A stretch of 64,000 bases of DNA from Patescibacteria group bacterium (lineage in GTDB: Bacteria; Patescibacteriota; Microgenomatia; UBA1400; PJMF01). A program made the translations under genes and the position numbers. The DNA is taken from the NCBI GenBank assembly GCA_016861085.1, contig BOKR01000001.1, forward strand, positions 579,271-643,270, written 5' to 3'. Below the pieces are notes generated by a model. It worked only from the letters and a program-made list of their open reading frames with translations, did no database searches and had not been told where the DNA came from. Of the stretch, positions 57,946-64,000 are shown in pieces; within the stretch, counting starts at the first letter, position 1; each line of letters starts with the position of its first letter.

Positions 57946-60132
57946 TTATTGAATTAATTCTGAATGTAATTCTGTAGCTGCATCTGTCTCTTCAATTCTT
58001 TCAATGCCTCGCTTCTCAACAACATCACCCACTGGGATTGTAAACCAAAACGTTGTTCCTTTTCCTTCAACACTCTCAAACCAAATTTTTCCATTTGAAG
58101 ATTCGATAATAATTTTTGTCATGTATAATCCCAAACCGTTTCCGTCTGTTTCTGTTTGGAACACATTTGAACCACGGTGAAACTTTTCAAAAATTGCATT
58201 TTGGTCTTTTACGGGGATTCCCAAACCAGTATCACTAATCTCAGAAAGAATATATCCTTCTGACTGTCTAATTTTTATGGTCACAACTCCCCCGTTTGGA
58301 GAATATTTAACTGCGTTTGTTAGGATATTTCTGTACACTTCACGAATGAGCTGTTGATCTATAGAAACATCTGCAATTGCATCGGAAAAATCGGTGATAA
58401 TTTTTACTTTCTGCTTTTCTGCTGCCAACTTGATCTCATCTATAACGCCCAAGACTAATGAAATGACGTTAGTGGGTTTGGGATTAATAATAATTCGCCC
58501 AGACTCAATTCGAGAAACATTTAATAAATTATTGACGAGGGTTATCATCCGCTGAATTGATTGGTACAGACTTTTGAGTAGATTTGTTTGTTCAGGTTGC
58601 AATTGTCCGACATCACCTTTTAATAACATTTCCATGTTCCACTTCATTGAAGATAACGGTGTTCGTAGTTGGTGTGAAGCTAAAGAAATAAATTGTGTTT
58701 TAATCTCGTCAACTTTTTTCTCCCCTGAAGTATCACGTTCTGAAGCAACAAAAAATTCAACAACTCCGTCTTTTCCCAAGATTGGAGAAATTCTGATTTC
58801 TGCTTGGTATACTTCTCCATTCTTTCGTTTGTTTGTTAGCTCACTCACATAGGATTGTTTATTCGTTTTAATAACCTGCCACATTTTTTCATAAAAACTC
58901 ATTGGCATTAGTCCACCCCAAAGCTTTCCAGCTTTTGTTCCCAATATTTCATCTGTTCTGTACCCAGTGATTTTTTCTGTAGCTGGATTTGCATATATCA
59001 CCATACCATCTGAATCAGTTATCACAATTTGTTCAGAGATACCATGTACTGCTAGTTGGTATTTTCGTAAATCTTTTGTCAAATCTTCTGCCATCGCTTC
59101 AGCTTGGTTGCTCAATTTAGAAAAGTTATACAGTGAAAAACTCACCAGTCCTGACACGACTACCCCTAGAGTGAAAATCAATCCTGGTAAGTATGAAACA
59201 AAATCGCTCAATACATGTTCATGTATTGATGTAAACGTAAAAAGCCATGTGCGAGTACCAATATTCTTTCGAGCCACTTTTTCATGAATATGTGGCGTTT
59301 GTAATTCATCTGGTTGTGTTGTATAAAACTGAGGCAAAAATGATTTTGGCTGAGAAGTGACATCATCAATCTGAATGGTATCTGTATAAACCAATGTGCT
59401 GCTCCCAGCTATTCTTTCAGCAAAATCATCCGCTGTTGAAGCTAAGAGAATAAATCCTTCCAAGTTTTCTCTCCTTTGTTCTAGAGTATTACTCTCTACT
59501 CCAGCTCTATATACAGGCAAAAACATCAAAAATGATTTGTGATCTTGTTCTTCTTTAAGTAATACAATAGGTTCTGTCATTACTACAGAATTCGTATCTC
59601 GAGCGAGTTCCATCGTTGAAAATCGTATTGACTCAGAGGTGAAGTCAAACCCAAGTAAGTCTTGTGCCCCTTCAAGCGGCTCAACAAAATGTGCAATAAA
59701 AAGCTCATCTCTTTCAGAGGGAGGAAAAATTTGAAAATTTGGAAACCCCTCTGGCACCACAGAAGTATCTGTCCGCACTGAGTTCACATAGCTTGTTTTA
59801 TCTGTAGCTTTAACTTTCTTAATATATGCAAGTCGAGTCACAGATGGATAGTTTTTTTCAATTTCTAGTGATGAAATGAAATCCTCCCACTCTTTTCTGG
59901 TTACTACTTGGCTTGATATAAATAATCCTCTAGCCGCTGTAAGTATCTTGGAATATTCTGAAAACAATTGCTCTGAAAATGAGACTAATTCTTGTGTTTC
60001 TATTGAAAAAACAGTATCAAGTTCTTTCTCATTGTTTTTATTTGCTTCATTACGAAAAAAAAGGGCAGATGCTGCAAAAATAATTACTAAGATGATAAAT
60101 ATAATAATTGGTTCTATTGATAGTTTTTTCAT
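57946..60132 (-). CDS. CHASE-PAS sensor histidine kinase
   Basis: TM, CHASE (VTRKEW..F, EP......LGFD..SE..R), TM, PAS (ITD.DG.VIYANPA, NKRKNGE), SHQLRTPL, NAVKYS, GNGLGL. Confidence 0.93.
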   Translation of the reverse strand: MKKLSIEPIIIFIILVIIFAASALFFRNEANKNNEKELDTVFSIETQELVSFSEQLFSEYSKILTAARGLFISSQVVTRKEWEDFISSLEIEKNYPSVTRLAYIKKVKATDKTSYVNSVRTDTSVVPEGFPNFQIFPPSERDELFIAHFVEPLEGAQDLLGFDFTSESIRFSTMELARDTNSVVMTEPIVLLKEEQDHKSFLMFLPVYRAGVESNTLEQRRENLEGFILLASTADDFAERIAGSSTLVYTDTIQIDDVTSQPKSFLPQFYTTQPDELQTPHIHEKVARKNIGTRTWLFTFTSIHEHVLSDFVSYLPGLIFTLGVVVSGLVSFSLYNFSKLSNQAEAMAEDLTKDLRKYQLAVHGISEQIVITDSDGMVIYANPATEKITGYRTDEILGTKAGKLWGGLMPMSFYEKMWQVIKTNKQSYVSELTNKRKNGEVYQAEIRISPILGKDGVVEFFVASERDTSGEKKVDEIKTQFISLASHQLRTPLSSMKWNMEMLLKGDVGQLQPEQTNLLKSLYQSIQRMITLVNNLLNVSRIESGRIIINPKPTNVISLVLGVIDEIKLAAEKQKVKIITDFSDAIADVSIDQQLIREVYRNILTNAVKYSPNGGVVTIKIRQSEGYILSEISDTGLGIPVKDQNAIFEKFHRGSNVFQTETDGNGLGLYMTKIIIESSNGKIWFESVEGKGTTFWFTIPVGDVVEKRGIERIEETDAATELHSELIQ

Positions 60133-60136
60133 TAGG

Positions 60137-61147
60137 TTATTCCAAAAACTTCACAGTAAAAACTTTTTCTATCTGGACATCATTTCCAATGAGTCCTCTT
60201 TCTAACATGCTCTTATATAATGCCTCCCACTTTGCCTTTGTCATTGCTCCAATGACGGTGTTTGAATCTGGCTTAAGTAACGGGATACTCTGCTGTAAAA
60301 TATAGAGCTGATAATCATAGTTTTTATATGACTCGTTCGTAACATGTTTCAGCGTATCGTTAACCGCTTGTTCCTGATTTGCAATTGCAAATTCCCACGA
60401 TTCAATTAGTGCTGACATAAAATGTTTTACCAAATCAGACCTTTCAGAGATACTGTCGTCTCTTGTAACAATAACATCATTAAACGCATTAATACCAAAC
60501 TGTTCCGGATAAATTATGTTATATTCAACACCAGTTATGTCAAAAAAATAAAGCTGATCAGTTCGGTATAAATCGACAACATCAACGTCATTTTGAGCTA
60601 AATCATCATATTCAGTGCTCTCAAAACCTAATTCAACAATCTGAGCATCTTCATTTCCTAACCCGACGCTCTTTAGTAACACTTTATAGATCAACTCTTC
60701 TTCTAGTTTCCCTGCCTTGCTGCCTAGAATTTTTCCCTTAAAGTCAGCGGGACTCTTAATATTTTTTTCAGCCAAAGATACCACAGCATACGGAGAAACT
60801 TGATAAATTGCCCCAATTGCAGTGATCTTTTTTCCTTCATCTATATAGGTTAAGAACTCTTCAGCACTCATAATTGCAAAATCAGTTCGTCCTGCCAATA
60901 AATCGTCAATCTGGCTTATGCCAGGAGAAAATTCTTTAACTGTAACTTCGATACCGTGTTTTCTAAAGATTCCTTCTTCTATTCCAGTAAAAATTCCTGC
61001 AAACTGAGCTTGGTTAACCCATTTTGGACCGACTGTAACTTTTATTGGAAACAAAAGAAATCTATATCCATTTTGCGAAAATAGATAGCTAAATCCACTT
61101 ATTATCAAAATGACAACCAAAAGAAACAACGCCAGATACCGCCTCAT
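60137..61147 (-). CDS. NMT1/THI5-like substrate-binding protein
   Basis: KW..QAQFAG...G...G.F...G.EV, IYQ.SP, I.SPADF.GK. Confidence 0.88.
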   Translation of the reverse strand: MRRYLALFLLVVILIISGFSYLFSQNGYRFLLFPIKVTVGPKWVNQAQFAGIFTGIEEGIFRKHGIEVTVKEFSPGISQIDDLLAGRTDFAIMSAEEFLTYIDEGKKITAIGAIYQVSPYAVVSLAEKNIKSPADFKGKILGSKAGKLEEELIYKVLLKSVGLGNEDAQIVELGFESTEYDDLAQNDVDVVDLYRTDQLYFFDITGVEYNIIYPEQFGINAFNDVIVTRDDSISERSDLVKHFMSALIESWEFAIANQEQAVNDTLKHVTNESYKNYDYQLYILQQSIPLLKPDSNTVIGAMTKAKWEALYKSMLERGLIGNDVQIEKVFTVKFLE

Positions 61148-61240
61148 ATGTTTAGTATATCGAACTTTTTTTGCTGAAACACTATATATAAGTATATGTA
61201 ATTGATTGCAATTTACTCAAAAATTCCCTATAGTAGTGAT

Positions 61241-61495
61241 ATGTCTGATGAAACACTACCACAAGCTGATATTCATGCAACTTTGACTTGCCCAATGTGT
61301 GGCACAAAACAAAAGGTACTTATGCCCCCCGAAGGATTTCAGCATTACTACAAATGTACTAATGAAGAATGCCTGGCTGATCTGGCCCCACTTGAAGGAA
61401 AAGACTGTGTATTTTGCTCATATGCAGATAAACCATGTCCCCAAAGGCAACTTCATCCAGATTTATCTGAGCATCATTTACAATCATTGTTATAA
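61241..61495 (+). CDS. GDCCVxC-like small Cys-rich metal-binding protein
   Basis: TLTCPMCG...MP...YKC..C...L.P.EGKDCVFCSY...CP..Q. Confidence 0.78.
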   Translation: MSDETLPQADIHATLTCPMCGTKQKVLMPPEGFQHYYKCTNEECLADLAPLEGKDCVFCSYADKPCPQRQLHPDLSEHHLQSLL

Positions 61496-61503
61496 TCAAG
61501 CTC

Positions 61504-62001
61504 ATGAATCTTGAAGTGTATCACCCAACCGTGCAAGCAATTGTTGCTTTGCTTGAAAAAAACAATATCAGGTTTGAAACATTTGAACACGAACCAGTCA
61601 GAACCAGTGAAGAAGCAGCTCAGGTTAGAACTGGCTATAGTTTGCAGCAAGGAGCAAAAGCTCTCATTTTACGCATAAAAATGCCAGGAAACCAAAATCA
61701 CTTTGCACAATTTGTAGTTCCTGGTGACAAAAAAGTTAACTCAAAAGTAGTTACTCAATTACTTGGTGCCAAGAATATCCGTTTTGCACATCCAGAAGAA
61801 ATTGCTGAAATTACACAGGGAATTGAAATCGGCGGGATTCCTCCATTTGGTAATTTATTTGGATTATCTGTTTATGTTGATACTTCATTGCTCAAGCAAG
61901 AAAAAATTATTTTTAATGCTGGAGATAGAAGCTTTTCAATAGGGATGAAACTTAAAGACTACTTAGATGTTGTCAAACCAATTGTAATAACTCTTACTTA
62001 A
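61504..62001 (+). CDS. YbaK/ProX aminoacyl-tRNA editing domain protein
   Basis: HEPVRTSEEAA, GAKALI, GGIPPFG, FNAGDR. Confidence 0.9.
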   Translation: MNLEVYHPTVQAIVALLEKNNIRFETFEHEPVRTSEEAAQVRTGYSLQQGAKALILRIKMPGNQNHFAQFVVPGDKKVNSKVVTQLLGAKNIRFAHPEEIAEITQGIEIGGIPPFGNLFGLSVYVDTSLLKQEKIIFNAGDRSFSIGMKLKDYLDVVKPIVITLT

Positions 62002-62677
62002 TTGGCTTTGCGATCACCATAAACAATTGTGTTCTTAGAAAGTTCTTTGCTTTATAGATGATAACTGAATCTGAATTTGCACCAATCACATTAGGTAAGT
62101 ATTCTGCTTTCATGTCTCTAATTTCAGTCACAGCGTATTTATAATCCGCAGCGTTTGAGCCACGAACTATTACCGTATCCCCAATTTGCACGTTATCTAG
62201 ATTACTCAAAATATTCTGTAACCCCACCTCAGCTATTACTACAGGATAATTACCACCTAGTTCTGATGATCTCTCATCATGGATTAATAAACCTGATCCT
62301 GGACTTTTGAATATATCTTGCACACTTCCAGAAACTACAAAACTTGATAAATCGATGCTTGATATCACTATTTGTTGTGCCACGATTGGTGTATTTGAGT
62401 CACCTACAATGGTCGGAAATGCCTGTAAAGTGTCTGGGTGCTGCGTAACTAACACACTTAGCCCAAGGCCGATTCCAAGACCAGCTCCACTAATCACAAG
62501 CTTCTTTTTAGTTGCCAAAAAATCAAAAAAAGCGAAAATAGGCAAGAAAATTTTAAGAAAACTAGAGAGAATTATCTTTATAACAGCAACAAAAGTTATA
62601 TTCTGAGGATTAAACTCTAAAACTACATCTCCCTGAGTATTTTTATGAACACTCAAAACTTTGTTCTCCTTTGACAT
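61994..62677 (-). CDS. Sortase-fold membrane protein lacking catalytic residues
   Basis: TM anchor then I.I.SIDL...V, S..LG...PVVIA, L.NVQIGD.V, Y.Y.V, V.AKP; His/TC/Arg positions read E/KA/L. Confidence 0.6.
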   Translation of the reverse strand: MSKENKVLSVHKNTQGDVVLEFNPQNITFVAVIKIILSSFLKIFLPIFAFFDFLATKKKLVISGAGLGIGLGLSVLVTQHPDTLQAFPTIVGDSNTPIVAQQIVISSIDLSSFVVSGSVQDIFKSPGSGLLIHDERSSELGGNYPVVIAEVGLQNILSNLDNVQIGDTVIVRGSNAADYKYAVTEIRDMKAEYLPNVIGANSDSVIIYKAKNFLRTQLFMVIAKPIK

Positions 62678-62769
62678 ATTCTTATTATATCAAATAATAT
62701 CTTAATGACTAATAAAAAGATAATTGCCTCTGAATTTTTTAAAAAAAACTGGTATTGTATGCCAAGACC

Positions 62770-63975
62770 ATGAAAATAAGAATTTCACCAAAAAATATAT
62801 TTAAAACTGCTCTATTTGTTCTCTTTGGTGGCTTCTTCTTTGGCTGCGGTTATTACGTTAACACATACTATACTAATGTTTACAATGCTGTTGAGTTACT
62901 CAATCCCTTTGTTGAATCTGGAGAACTTATAAGTAAACCATTGCTTACATATAGCATTGCAAACCTGCAAAAAAGATTATACGAGCCAAGCGAAATTGTC
63001 CTGGAAAAAATCATCGCTGAAGAAGAAACATACACCACATTACTTTTTTCATATACGACTTTAGGTAAAAAAATGACGGGACAAATCAACATTCCCGATA
63101 ATATCACCGCAAATCCAGAACAAGAAAAAAAAGTTATCGTCTTGCTGCGAGGCTATGTTCCAGAAGACATATATGAAACTGGAACGGGAACAAAAAATGC
63201 TGCCGCTGCATTTGCACAGGAAGGGTATATTACGCTTGCGCCTGATTTCTTTGGATTTGGAGGTTCTGATCCTGAACCAGAAGACACTTGGGCAGCCCGG
63301 TTTGAAAAGCCAATCACAGTTATCGAACTTCTGGAATCAATCAAAAAAAACGGAATACCATTAAATCTGGCTTCAGAACGTACTAGCAACACTCTTGACT
63401 TAGATGTAGTTACGATATCTGATATTGGAGTGTGGGCACACAGTAACGGCGGTCAAATTGCTCTAACCGTGCTTGAAATACTTCAAAAGCCAATACCAAC
63501 AACTCTCTGGGCACCCGTTACCGCACCGTTCCCTTATTCAATTCTGTATTTTTCTGACGAGCAAGAAGATGAAGGAAAAGAACAACGAAAATGGATTTCA
63601 CTGTTTGAGGAAAAATATGATGTATTTGAGTTTAGCTTAACACAGCATTTAGAAAGCCTTACAGGACCAGTTCAGATTCAACATGGAAACGCTGATGATG
63701 CCGCGCTGATTTTCTGGAGCCAAGAATTTGTTGCAAAAGTTGAAGCAGAAAATCAGCGTCGCGAAAACATCATCAAACAACAAAAAGAATTGGTAGCTAC
63801 CTCAAGCGCCCTTCAGGCCACTGTAAGTGCCGAACAAAAATCAGAAACAGAACCAGTTTTGAACCCAATTGAAATCACCTTAATCACATATCCCAACACT
63901 AACCACAACATGGTTCCAAGTTGGAATAAGGCGATACAAAAAGATTTACAATTTTTTAACAAGTATCTAGAATAA
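62770..63975 (+). CDS. Membrane-anchored alpha/beta hydrolase (S9-like)
   Basis: LRGY, LAPDF.GFG.SD, WAHSNGG, QIQHG..DD, YP..NHN. Confidence 0.85.
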   Translation: MKIRISPKNIFKTALFVLFGGFFFGCGYYVNTYYTNVYNAVELLNPFVESGELISKPLLTYSIANLQKRLYEPSEIVLEKIIAEEETYTTLLFSYTTLGKKMTGQINIPDNITANPEQEKKVIVLLRGYVPEDIYETGTGTKNAAAAFAQEGYITLAPDFFGFGGSDPEPEDTWAARFEKPITVIELLESIKKNGIPLNLASERTSNTLDLDVVTISDIGVWAHSNGGQIALTVLEILQKPIPTTLWAPVTAPFPYSILYFSDEQEDEGKEQRKWISLFEEKYDVFEFSLTQHLESLTGPVQIQHGNADDAALIFWSQEFVAKVEAENQRRENIIKQQKELVATSSALQATVSAEQKSETEPVLNPIEITLITYPNTNHNMVPSWNKAIQKDLQFFNKYLE

Positions 63976-64000
63976 ATTTCTATTCAACCGTTTTCTGATA

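Noticed and set aside
1..64000. CRISPR array, IS/transposase, integrase, prophage, rRNA, retron/DGR reverse transcriptase
   Set aside because: No periodic repeat-spacer pattern or corresponding protein motifs seen by eye

Overview
AT-rich, gene-dense bacterial chromosome segment read with genetic code 11. The gene content (short AspRS, DUF3048, several GT-C glycosyltransferases, a sortase-like protein, a CAP protein, split secD/secF, many orphans, no biosynthetic pathways) suggests a Patescibacteria/CPR genome, probably Microgenomates-like; this is inference. Contents: a Kef/CPA2 antiporter, CorA, a DinB cassette, a MazG-cupin-IMPase-hydrolase operon, tRNA-Gln(CTG) with an att-like relic, a convergent response regulator/kinase pair, a polyprenol-linked glycosylation cluster (gmd, rmd-like, ugd), dacA-like, aspS with a T-box riboswitch, recJ, cca, secDF, rseP, frr, rmlA, a tasA-like/sipW operon, msrBA, tRNA-Glu(CTC) with an ArsR-thioredoxin-permease islet, def, an RRM protein, Hsp20 with a CIRCE-like operator, a 1.3-kaa Ig/FN3 surface protein, a copper operon and a CHASE-PAS kinase. 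Top observations: (1) two unrelated, GC-richer small lipoprotein genes share one RNA architecture: promoter, 5' hairpin, boxA(-like) element, a long stem enclosing the ORF with the stop codon in its 3' arm, and a GC hairpin without a U-tract. This resembles a pre-rRNA processing stalk wrapped around an mRNA. (2) A transcriptional Asp T-box with an apparently ultrashort Stem I. All calls come from manual motif reading; no searches or folding programs were run.
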